DNA from: Geosiphon pyriformis uo1
Lineage: Eukaryota > Fungi > Glomeromycota
Assembly (NCBI GenBank): GCA_016748015.1
Contig: JAAOMT010000591.1
Span: forward strand, 261,532 to 325,531
DNA length: 64,000 nucleotides
Direction: 5' to 3'
Of this stretch, positions 26,296 through 38,400 are shown piece by piece (within the stretch, counting starts at the first letter, position 1; the number at the start of each line of letters is the position of its first letter). The notes beneath the pieces are model-generated. The model saw only the letters and a list, made by a program, of their open reading frames with translations, was not told the origin of the DNA and did no database searches. A program made the translations under genes and the position numbers.

Positions 26296-26330
26296 ATAAA
26301 TCCACAGAGACAGAGCACCCCCAAAAATAC

Positions 26331-29300
26331 ATAAAAGTGGCGACTATTGGAACAATAGAAAAGGACCACTCCTCGTACAGAAAAGCACTATTTCAATACT
26401 TTCAAAAAGACCTAAGAATACCAGCAGAAACCACTTATGTAGAAAGTGATTTTTGTAACTATATCAACACAAAAATTGACTGTTTGTTAGGCTGCACAAC
26501 TGATACAGAAAGACTTGGAGAACAAATCTATCAAAGCTTACTAGAATACTCAACAGTCATGACTACTCGAACAATCACTGAAACTCTGCACATAATTGAT
26601 ACAGACATTAAATATTACATGGCACAATGATTCCCTCAAGTACAACAACCAGTGGAATTCAACTCTGAGGAATACAAAAATGAATCCAACAACTCCATAA
26701 CTGTCCAAGCCAAGTCCACGGTCAACAAAAAACCAAGGGTTCTCTCCCCAACAACTCTATCATACCATCAGACACCCCAAAGTAAAATTGTATTCAACCC
26801 ACCTCTGGAAACCCAGTCGGAAACACCACAAACTCCTGGAAATCCACACCCTTAGAATCAACACAGTTGGACCAAATCACTAGAAGAATACGGATCGCTG
26901 TTTGGAAATCTTACTCCAACAGCTGGTCAAACAGAAGGAAACCCGTCAACTTGGGAACAGCCACCAACACAAAACCTAGCAGAATCAGCATCTCCCCTGA
27001 CAAAAGAAACAGCTATCTTACAACTTATTGGTTCAAGCGACAAAGGAAAACAACCAGCATTAGCACCCAGAGAACACTCAAATACGCAGACACCAATCCC
27101 TTTAAACATAACCAGTAACACCCCACCCATTAACCAGATTATGGCTTACCGGGATATTGCTAAATTGGAAAAATTTTCTGGTGAAGAAGATAATGCATAT
27201 TCTTGGATCGCAGATGCCGAGAAAGCAATTACCGCTAATGGTTGGAACAACGACCGCACAATTCAGGCACTGCTGTTTTTTTTGACTGGAACCGCCAATT
27301 CGTGGTACCAGAGCCTGGCAGAAAAGCCTACCTCCTTTACCAAGTTTAAATTCGCATTTCTGCAATACTTCTGTGACCCCAATACATTAATCCAATTGCA
27401 GAATTAATTCAGCATAATTAAACAAAAAGATCACGAAGCAGTAACTACTTATCTCGGACAATTTAATCAAATCCTGCATCAAATATTAGCTATCGAAAGG
27501 GACTACTACACCATGACACAAGTTCTTAATCAATTCATTAAAGAATTGCAGAGTAGTATTCTAAGATTCATAAGATTTTGTTATCTAACCAGTTTACAAG
27601 ATGCCGTCACTTTCGCTCGCAATTTGGAGTCTGTAGAACAAGAAGCAAATCATACCCAAGCCATTAATTTAGCCATTAACAGAACCTCCAACATCGATGC
27701 AAAGATAACCCAATTGAGTGAAAAACTAACTCAGAAAATTGAGGAATTCTTAGCCGGAACTACAGGAACTTACCAACCACTCTAATGGAGAGAAAATAAC
27801 AACAACAGCAGATACCTATAGCAACAGAACCGTCAGCAACAACAACAACCTTGGAAATCCGATCTCTGCAACTGTTACTACTGCCAGAAATCTGGACATA
27901 TCGCCCATGACTGCAGAAGGAAAATTATGGACCAAAATCAAGGAAACCCATACCAGCAATCCAGATATCAGCAAAACATGATACCCCAATATTCTATATC
28001 TTAGAATCAACCACCCCTATATGCACAACAAGTCCCATACACTCAACCACCATCCCAGAATTATTATCAACTACCACCAATGACACAAGCAATTCCTCAC
28101 TATCAAACTTTCCCTTACAGTCCGTTCAGACCTCGAGCTATAGACTATAATCAGGGATGGAGGAATTCCAACAACAATCAGGTGCAAACCAACAGTGAAC
28201 TGTCTTGACCAATCTCTCGTGGTCCTGCCCAATCTCGACCAACACCAACTGAATACCCAAATCAAGCTTTCTATCTCAGTTTTATGGAAGACCAGGGTTT
28301 TGATAAATCTACACCTGTGGAAGAGAGGGATATAAAACAAATTTCCCAACCTTCCAAGCAAACAAAAAGCAATATCCTACCAGCCACTATTACCGAAGAC
28401 ACTACCCTAACTGCCATATTTCTTTTTAACATCGATAATTTAAACACTCATAGCCTTTTTAGTAGAGCAGCCATCAATCAGGATAAATCAATAATGGCCC
28501 TATACACTGATGCCAAAGTGGGAGGAATAGACATTAAATTAATCCTAGATAGCAGATCAGCCGGTAGCATAATCACGAAGCAGCTCATAGACCAACTAGG
28601 TTGCCGAGTAGACCATGCCACTACTGTCCGGATCATTACAGCAGATGGGAACACAAAAACCCTGATAGAAGAAATTGACAACTTCTCCTTTGAGATTAAT
28701 GGAATCCAAATCTCTACCAAAGTATTTGTTATGGAAGCTATTCAATATCAAGCTCTAGTAGAAAATGACTGGTTGTCAAAAGCCAATGCCACTCTTGACT
28801 GGAACACCCAAGAACTTCAACTCATGTTCAACGGACAGCATGCCCAAGTCCCAGCTACGTGCGGACACTTTAAAACCCAATGTACTAAGGAACCTCTTAT
28901 TGAATTCGAAGACATATTAATGCCACCAACCATCGAGACTTATCAGGTTTCATGGACAGATGATTATCGAACTGAACTATCCCCACCACCAACCTGGGAA
29001 AAAAAAAAAAAGGCAGAGCCGAAGAAGAACCCCAATCATCATCACTAGGATACGTAACCTTGGACTAAAGAAACTTATTTTACCAACCTCCAAGACTAAT
29101 ATGTGTTGATTGTGGAAAAAAACTATCCACTATGGGCGCATGTATCGGAGACAATGAAGAATGGCCCACTGCTACCAAATACTATTGCAGATCTTGTTTA
29201 CTAGAAAAATTTGGACGACCAAAATGACAAGGCAAGTGGGACAACACGCCATGCCTCGTATATGGCAAAATCCTGCCAGATGAAGGACTCTGGAATGATG

Positions 29301-32300
29301 TGCCTGGCAGAGGAAGAACATGCAACGAGGCTTGTCAATACACCATATTAATTAACAATTGGGTACAAAAAAGAACTCCTATTGAGGACGCTTGGAAACG
29401 AGCACTCAACAAGCTGAATAGTTATCTACATGATGACCACAAAATCTGGAGAATGGCAAGCACCAAGGCCAAAGGCGCCATGCCCAAAGAAATATGAAAA
29501 ATCAAGGACAACCCTTGGACACCTGAATATAATGGACCTGACTACTCCAAAAATAATTTCTTCACAGATGACCCAAATGCATTTCAGAACTGATATCAGG
29601 AATTGGCCCCAATTCGCAAAGAACAGAAGCAAAGATTGGCCGATTTGAATACCAAACTGTGCAATCACTGTTTGATCCCCTGTCACTTCCAGTACTGCGA
29701 CGAATGTGATCTCATGTTCAATCTGCCTCCAAGAGTACTGTTTCCAATCACTGAACTACCTGAACCCGAAGAAGAGGTATTGATTACTGAAGACATGTTG
29801 TTTCAAGATCCAACTGAGGATACCAAAACAGAACAGTATCTCACATATCCCAACCTATCCAAAGAACTAAAGCTAAAATAGTACAGTAACAACAAAGAAA
29901 GAATCTGCCCCGAAAAAATGCATGACACCGATGCTGGTTTCAACTTACGATATCCTAGACAATCACCCATCATTATAGCCCCATATTCCCTCATAAAAAT
30001 AGATCTTAAGATAGTGTTAGAAATTCCTATTAGTACAATGGTACAAGTTGTCTCTCGATCTAGTCTAGCCAAGAAAGAAATCGACATAAAAGGAGGAATC
30101 ATCGATGCCAATTACACGGGAAACATTATTGTGATACTACAGAACAATTTGGACAGACCCTACAAAATAGAATCACAAGAAAAGATTGCCCAAGCTATCT
30201 TTCTACCCCTAGTCAAAATACACCAATTAACTCTGATAACAACCTGAGAAGAGTTAGGTCTCACTGTTCAAGAAATCAACAGGTTTGGATCAAGTAGAAG
30301 AGGAAACATACCAGTTAATTTCACGGAGGAAGACAGTAACCAGGTAGAATTTATCAACACTAACATCATCATCTCTATTCCCCCATATTGACAATACATT
30401 CTCAAGGTAAATCAAAAGATCCAAGATCAAGTCCTGTTATTCGAAGCCAGTCCCGAAATTTGTTCCCTAGCCGATGTTGCTAATCTATACCTACCGGTCA
30501 AAGCCCATAAACACTTCAAAATCCCCATTCACAACCCAACAAAAGATGTCATTGAAATCCCCAAAGGGACCCTCGTCGGTTCCATATCCACAGATATTCA
30601 GAATTCTGAAAAACTCCAGTCCATTCCAGATTTCGCACAATTATTTTTATTCTGTGACATTACCTCACAAGTATAGAATTTGCCAAAAAAAAGTTACTTG
30701 TTCACATCAGAAGAGATTAATAAATTGAATTTAAGAAATTTAAGTACCCTGCAACAAATATAATTCAAAGTCCTTCTGAATCAGTATGCTAATGTTTTTG
30801 CCAGCAAAAATGAGTTCGAACGCACTGACATTGTGAAGCATCAGATTGATATGGAAGACACTCGACCAATTAAGCAATGAGCTTACCGCATATTCCTATC
30901 TGGTAATAACCTAATTAAGCAAGAAATACAATGAATGTTTGATAATGGTCTAATCAAAGAATTGTTAAGTTCTTGGTCCTTTCCAGTAGTTTTGGTCACC
31001 AAGAAAAATGGAAAAGTGCAATTCTGCGTAGATTATCGAAAACTAAATAGCGTCATGCGAGGAGATAGTTATCCTACTCCCCTCATCCAGGAAATTCTGG
31101 ACAATCTAGGGAAAAAGAAATGGTTCTCGTTATTAGATTTAACAAGTAGTTACTGGCAAGTTGAAATGGATCTTAAAGACAAAGGAAAAACAGCATTTAC
31201 TACTCGAGACAGAAACTTCAAGTTTAACATAATGTCTTTTGGACTTTGTAATGCTCCTGCTATGTTTCAATGTCTGATGGATGTAGTATACAAAGGAATC
31301 CTTTGGAAATCAGTAGTAGTCTACCTAAATGACACAAACGTGTTCTCCGAAACATTCGAAGACTATCTGCTCTACCTGCAACAAGTTTTCGAATGCCTTC
31401 GTAGTGCCAAATTGAAACTCAATCCCGAGAAGTGCTTCTTTAGAAAAACTGAGTTAAAATTCCTAGGACATGTAATCAGCAAGGATGGAGTTAAACCCGA
31501 TCCAGATAAAGTACAAAAAGTCAAAGATTTTCCAGCCCCAATCAACCTCAGAGAATTACAAAGATTTCTAGGATTGGCAGGATATTATCATTGATTTGTT
31601 AAAAGTTTTTCAAACATTACAAAACCACTCCATCAATTGTTGCCCAAATACATACTGTACTTGTAGAAGGAAAATCAACAGAAAGCATTTGATTATCTCA
31701 AGCAGCAATTGATCACATCCCCAATCCTGATTTACCCAGATTTCACTAAATGGTTCATTGTCACTATGGACATCTCAAAAAATGCTCTAGGAGCAGTCTT
31801 ATTACAGATAGGACCAGACAATAGAGAACACCTAGTTGCCTATGCTAGTTGCAGCACTAGCCCAGCAGAAAAGAATTACAGCACAACAGATCTGGAATGT
31901 CTCGCCATTTATTAGGCCATACAGACTTGGAAACATTACTTCAGTCAACCATTTGACCTATATACTGACCACAAAAGACTTATTTGGTTACTCAACAATC
32001 CACAACTAGAAGGAAAATATGTGAGATGGAGTACTTATCTGCAACAATTCCCACTTAAAGTCCATTACAAAGAAGAATCCAAGAACACCAATGCTGACAG
32101 TTTGTTGAGGATGCCATAAACCTAATTCCAAACCCATAAACACACTCATTTATTAACAACTACATCAGTATCTATCAACACTATGTTTCAAGGAGATATT
32201 ATCTCAACAGAAACAAAATACCATATGAAAACAAGCCCAAAATTATTTTATTCAAGACAACTAACTATATTGATAAGAATGCCAAAACCACCCCAACCCA

Positions 32301-33503
32301 CAACAACTAATCAAGGACAGTGAAAGAGAAACTATACTATATAGCATGCATTCAGATCTGACTGCAGGACACTTTAACAAAGATGCTACCCTCGAAAGAA
32401 CACTAAACTTATACTATTGGCCAATGATGTACAAAGACATTTTTAAATACATGCTCAATTGTAATGCATGCCAACAAAGAAAAGGAGCAAGATTAACAGA
32501 ACCACTTCAACCCATTCCAGTTGGAAATCCATTTAATAGAATCAGAATCGACTTGGTTGGATCTCTTTCAATTACATCCCAAGAAAATCACTATATCGCT
32601 GTAGCCATAGACTATCTTACAAAATGGCCAGAAGCCAGAGCAATCCAAGTGGCCAACACCAAAACAGTAGCCAAATTTGTGCATCAAGACCTAATTTGCC
32701 GACATGAATGTCCAAAAGAATTATTATCTGATCAGGGAACACACTTTGTTAATAATATGCTGACTAAACTAAGCCAACAGTTTGGAATAAAGAGACCCTT
32801 ATCATCACCATATCACTCACAAATGAACGGACTGGTAGAACGATTTAATAGAACACTGTGCGAAGCACTAGCAAAAATAAGTTATGAAAACAAACAAGAA
32901 TAGGACTTATTCATACCTTCTGTACTCTTTGCATACCGAACATTGAAACAAAATACGACTCAGTTTACATCATTTGAACTAGTCTATGGAAGAAAAGCTA
33001 TATTACCAATTGAACAAGTGATACCATCATACTCAACAGAAACAATTAATGAAGAGAATTTTGAGACTACCTTACACCAAAGAACGTACCAGCTAATAGA
33101 AACATTGGAAAACAATCGAAGAACAGCAGCTGACAATATTAGTCATGCTCAAGAATGACAAAAAAAAAGACATAATAAACACCTATTAGAACAACCAATG
33201 GAATTCAAGATTGGAAACCAAGTACTGTTACATCGTACAAAAGCTAAGAAACAGTGGAGTGGAAAGTTTGACTCAAAGTGGGATGGTTCATTTCACATAC
33301 ATGAAGTGTTAGAAAATGGAGCTTACAAATTATAATTGGAAGACAGGATGTTAAAAAAAGTAGTGCATAGAAATCGGTTAAAAATTTATCATGTAAAACA
33401 GGAATCATCATCATTAGTACCTCAACTAGGAACACAAATTTCATTAATCAGACCAGAAGATATACCATAAGATCTGGAACCAATCATTATCATTGAAACA
33501 TAG
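26331..33503 (+). pseudogene. Gypsy A single gag-pol polyprotein, disrupted
   Basis: One frame from gag through protease (LILDSRS from LDSGS). Knuckle CNCYYCQKSGHIAHDC. RT with VDYRKLN and YLND (from YLDD). RNase H. Integrase HHCC, IDLVG, SDQGTHF, VERFNRTL. Interrupted by CGA/CAA/TGG-derived stops and homopolymer frameshifts. Confidence 0.93.
29918..30300 (+). pseudogene. Trimeric dUTPase domain within Gypsy A pol
   Basis: All five dUTPase motifs are recognisable: DAGFNL, SRSSLAKK, GGIIDANYTGNI, KIAQ, and decayed motif 5 (INRFGSS). Confidence 0.92.
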
Positions 33504-33583
33504 ACAATAGGCAGCAAATTAAATTGGGGAATTCAAATATATATAGTATCCAAAAAGCAGCAAGAAACGATAGAAATTTCAAC

Positions 33584-34318
33584 ATGGACCTTTCAGATCA
33601 AATTTTAAAATTATCTAAACAATTATTTGAAACAATTCAAAAATCGACATCTCAAATAGAAATAACAATTGATAAAAAAGAGATATGGTACAAAGATAAG
33701 AGCAGGAGAGAGGAGGACAAAAGTTTAATTAGAACTAAACATTCCCTTTCCTACCCACCACCCGAAAGGCAATGTTGGAGGAAAAATTGCCTTCGGATAA
33801 GAGGTGGAAAAGAAGAAGGCAAAAAACGAGAAAAAGGTTACAAAAGAAGATACTTGGTCCTCGAGCTCGAAGAAATAAAAGAAGCTTTAGCTCATGGGAC
33901 CAAACTCTCTGAAACAGAGGAGTGGACATCTAACAATGCCCAGGAATGGAAAGAAAGACTTCCTCCAGCTTATTGATTCTACAAAATTGGAGAACAGCTT
34001 GACTTGAAAACACCATACAAAAACCTCAGCCAGAAAACATTCAACAAAAAAGCAATACAACAAGTAGAAAAATTCATAAGAAAAAACAACCTGACCCTAT
34101 ATTACAAAGCAGTATACTAACTATACATTGCCTTTTAACATTGCCCAAATATACTACTGAATGGATTTATGAAAACCATAATGGTTAACAACATAGGACA
34201 AATAACCAATCAACAATTCAAAGACCTACAAAAGGCAATACTCGAGGCAACAATTGAACATTACATGAATGAAACCACAATAACAGATACATATGGTTTC
34301 GTAGGAGCTCAATTTTAA
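33584..34318 (+). pseudogene. Accessory ORF3 (~245 codons) between integrase and PPT, unknown function
   Basis: ATG at 33584. The frame continues through three stops that look C>T-derived to ...YGFVGAQF* at the PPT. Hydrophilic, no transmembrane segment. Confidence 0.7.
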
Positions 34319-34332
34319 AAAGAGAGGGATAA
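34317..34332 (+). promoter_or_regulatory. Polypurine tract
   Basis: AAAAAGAGAGGGATAA immediately 5' of the 3' LTR. Confidence 0.85.
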
Positions 34333-34985
34333 TATTACCCAAGTAGAAAAAACTGATCCAAAGTTATGAAGAAACGTGACCAAAATGTGACATAATACAG
34401 AATAATGCGCAATAATGTTGGATAATGTGTTATAATGTAGGATAACGTGTTATAATACAGGATAACACAGAATAGTGCGCAATAACATAGGATAATGTGT
34501 TATAACGCAGGATAACACATAATAACATGTAATAATATCAGATAATGTGTTATAACATAGGATAACTAGCAATAACATAGAAAAACAAAGCAATAACAGA
34601 AACAACAAAGCAATAGCTAGCGATAGTAAAACAATTGAAAGCAATCCTGTAAAACCAAAAGAATATATAAAAGCAAGTAGTTGTAAAAGTGAGAAAAAAC
34701 AGACAGATAAATACAAACCTCTAGACCAGAATTAAAATATCCATACCCCTTCATCTTTTATTATCTTCCTTATTTCATCTTCTGAAATAAACCAATTATT
34801 AAAAGAAATCAGAATCACGAATTCATGTTCTCGAACTTTGTGGAATTTACATGAATTAATCCTTGTCTCATATCTCCATTCTAGAACAGATGCTCTTAGC
34901 ATAACCATCTCAAACCTATTAATGATTTGGACCAATCATTCTTGATTACAGCGATTGACAATACTAATTTATCTTTTCTCTCTTT

Positions 34986-35034
<49 letters not shown>

Positions 35035-35439
35035 CTTTTTCTGTCTTATTTTTGTGGAGTGGCAACATAGTAAAATTGACTGTCTGAGAATAGACTTCGT
35101 AATAGCCTGGTAAAAGAGAGAAGCTCCTCCTAAGTTTTGAATATTAACATTATCTTGTTAGCTTACTAGAAGGGCGAAAAGACAATGCCAAACCCTAACG
35201 ACTGCACTCGTTAGCTCAGAGAAGAAAGCTCACATTTACAAAAAATGTTGCAATCGACGAAAAACAAACTCTGTGCCTTATAACCAAAGAATTCAACGGG
35301 TAAAATTCACATCCAGGAATAGACTTTCAGAGACTGATAATCAAGACTAAGCCAACAGAATTATGCGGAAGATACATCATCAATAATTGAGAGCACCAAA
35401 CGTTACTATTTCTCATACTCACCAAGTTTACCCATAACA
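34333..35439 (+). repeat. Gypsy A 3' LTR
   Basis: TATTAC...ATAACA (decayed TGTTAC/GTAACA), collinear with the 5' LTR. Confidence 0.95.
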
Positions 35440-38400
35440 ACATTGACTCAGTCTCCCATTTTCACTGTTGGTTTGGTTATTGAAAATGCTTTGGAAAAAA
35501 ACCAAGAGCTTTGGCTGGTTTTGCAAAACATGTAGAAGACATATGATTCAGTTGACTGGAAACATCTTGAGAAGAGTTTGGTCAGGATCAAAATGTGTAG
35601 CAAGTTTATTCATTTCTTTGGTGGTGTTCATAGAGATTACACCAACAGAGTTATAACAGATTTTGGTTTAACAGGTGGTTATTGTGTGCCTGATGATCTG
35701 AACCAGGGAGAGGTGTTTTCCCCTCTTCTGTGGCACATATTTTATGACCCTTTATTGTGTGAAGTTAAGTGTTAGGAGAGTGTGTATGGGTATAGATTGA
35801 ATTCTCATTTTATTTCCAAAAGTGGTCACACTGAGTCTCAAGCTAGACTTTCTTCTTTTTTTGCTGCTGGTGCTTTTGTCAATGATATAATTTGGGTTGG
35901 TTGCAGTTAAAGAGCTACTCAATACATTTTTGATGTTGCTGGCAAATTCTTTTGAATTAATAACATTTTTATTAATAATAACAAGACAGTAACTATTCTC
36001 ATCAACAGCAGGACCAGTAATTCTTCTCTTTTCATTTGTGGATCACTGATCTCCATTGCCAAAAAGAGTGAGTCTCATTAGTATTTAGGTATTTTTCTCT
36101 CAACTGAGGGTCTCTTGACATCTAGTTTGGCTAAGGCAAATTCAGATGTTTGTTTTTTCAACAATTTGGTTCTAAGAAAGGCTATCTTAGATAAACAGCT
36201 CTTGTATTTGGTATCAGTAATTCTTTATCCTATAGTCAATTATAGAATGCAATTCAGCTTTGTTCCTGTTAGTATGTATAACAAGTAGAATGCTCTGATT
36301 TGCAAAGACTTAAAGCTTAAATCTGGTCTACCACTCAACTTTCTTAATAACACAATTCACCACTCTTTCTTTTATGGTTTGAAATTTTTTTTACAAGTTC
36401 AGTCTAAAAGTAAAGTTGCTTCTTTGGTTAACTTTGCAAATTTTGGTGGAGTCTTACATTGCTTGTTTTTTCACAAGTCACATGACTTACAAGTTTTGTG
36501 TTGGTGTCCAGTTTATCCATTGAGTTCTCCTGTCTGTGTGCATGTTAGTGCTTCAAATAACTTTCTGGCAGACATGGTTTGTATTCTTCTTAATTGCAAT
36601 CTGTTCCTAGGTGGCTTTTTGGCCAATTCTTTTTGGTCTCATGATGGGACTTCTATGTCTGCTGTTCTGGGTGAGTCTAATTTTCTCAAGTTTTTTTCTT
36701 CTTTCCATTAGTATGGTGTAGCTTTTGTGGATCAACTTTGGAATAATTGTGGTGCTGTCTTTGACTGGTGTACTTTCAAACAGTAGAAGAGGCTGGACTT
36801 TCATAACTCTGTTCCTGAGTGGTTCAAGATTTCTGTGACATTTTTCAATAGTTCAGCTCCTTTCTCTGCTTATCCCTTGGGTTCAAATGGAATTGGTCAT
36901 CAGAATATCCTTGAATCTGATGATTATGTGTTTATTTGTGACCATTTTTCTTGAGTTAGTTTTGGTAGTTTGTCTGTATATATGAATAGATTTTTAAAGA
37001 ATTTGGGCACAGTTGGCTGTAAAACTGGTGCTGCTGCTTTTTTTAAGAACATTAATTTGGGTTTGAGTGTTAATGTATCAGGTTTGATGTCATTGACCAT
37101 GGCAGAATTACAGACTATTGTATTGGCCCTGAAGTGTGTTCCTGTATCTAGTTCTGTTTGCTTGTTTTTGGATAGTTAATCTGCTTTAAATGCTTGTAAG
37201 TTGGAATTGGGTCTGATAAGTCTTGACTTTTGCAATAAGTGCTGGGTCGAGCATTGACATATTGTTAATGTCATTCATAGTAAGAATTTAAGAATTAGTT
37301 GGCACAAGATGAAGAGTCACTTTAGTATTTCAGGGAATGAACATGCTGATGTGATTGCCGGTACTGTCTTTCTCTCTAGTTGGTGTCTTCTTTCTCGCTT
37401 AAATAAGCACTTCATAGTGGCTGATGGTGGTGTTATTTCTGGCAATTCTAAACATTTTGTGTATGATATTTATTGTTTTGTTTGTCATACATGCTAGGAG
37501 ATTGGATTTAGTTCCAAGTTTTTGATGGGCAGTTTGATTTCCGAGGTTGACTGGCTTTATTTGTCTTTGGTGTGGCATCTCAACTTGCACATGGCTGCCA
37601 GTTTCACCAGCAGACTCTTGGCTAATGCATGGACATACCTTATGAAAGCTTTGTATTATTGACTGCTGGTTGCTATATAGAAGCATTTTTATAGTAGACT
37701 TTATTTTAGTGTGTTGTGCTTATATTGTGGTGACGTTGAGATGTTGAATCATGTGTTTTCTTACAGGATTGATGCATCTGTTTGACGTTGGATATTGGAA
37801 TCTCATGTGGATTCCTAGAAGGTGGTTTCTGGCTTTTCTTATTTCTTTTCTGGTGTTTTACAGCTGCTGTCATCCTGTGGTTTTGATTTCCCTGTGTTCA
37901 TGGCTCTTTGTAAAAGTTTTGTTTTTAGTGGTTGGTATCATGAGACTGTTTCCATTTTCTATGATCCTAAGATTGCTGGTTTGAAGTTTGTTAAGTTTGT
38001 ATACTCTCTTAATCTGGCTTTTAAGGATAATGTTTGGTCAGTTTATGCTAAATATCAAGCTTATATGAAAAGGAATGGGTTGATTCTCCTTAATAGTTCG
38101 GCTCTTATTTTAGTTTCAGATTTGGCTTCAAGGTTTTCTGCTGAAGTGGTTAAATTGCTTAGTATTACTGATGTTTTTGGTATCTGATTTGGCTTTCGCA
38201 AATCCTGTTTGTTTTTTTCAGATATAAGTAATCTGGTTTCAGTTTATATAGCTGCGTAATGTTGTTTTGATTGGCCCGAGTGGCTGGTCATGTGTAGAAA
38301 ATACATGATTCACATCTAGTTTAGATTATTTCTTTGATGTATAGCACTAAGTAGTGTTTGGACCTTATTCATTAAACAAATAAATAAATAAAATTATACT

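Larger units (their letters stand above)
25125..35439 (+). mobile_element. Complete Ty3/Gypsy LTR retrotransposon (Gypsy A) with dUTPase and extra ORF; inactive
   Basis: Two ~1.1-kb LTRs, PBS, PPT, 4-bp TSD ACGT (25121-25124)/ACAT (35440-35443). Domain order gag-PR-(Cys-rich)-dUTPase-RT-RH-IN. Confidence 0.97.
23253..38259 (+). pseudogene. LINE-3 ORF2 (23253-25124 joined to 35444-38259), disrupted
   Basis: Removing Gypsy A and one TSD copy restores ...LKGT-LTQSPIFTVGLVIENALEK, matching VLKSTTTQSPIFVIGLVIEDALEK in copy 4. APE, RT and RNase H motifs are decayed. Confidence 0.9.
21139..38392 (+). mobile_element. LINE copy 3 (full length, degenerate), split by Gypsy A
   Basis: ORF1, ORF2, conserved 3' UTR 38260-38373 and (TAAA)n tail. 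TSD ATTATACT at 21131-21138 and 38393-38400. Confidence 0.93.

Noticed and set aside
28998-29011. Programmed ribosomal frameshift at the poly(A) after protease
   Set aside because: Better explained by G>A decay of a WEEKGKGR-like sequence followed by homopolymer slippage. Gag and protease are already in one frame.
29918-30300. dUTPase as a counter-defence to the observed C>T mutagenesis
   Set aside because: dUTPase sanitises the nucleotide pool and would not prevent deamination of (methyl)cytosine in integrated DNA. The element is itself heavily mutated.
33584-34318. env gene
   Set aside because: No signal peptide, fusion-peptide-like segment or transmembrane anchor.
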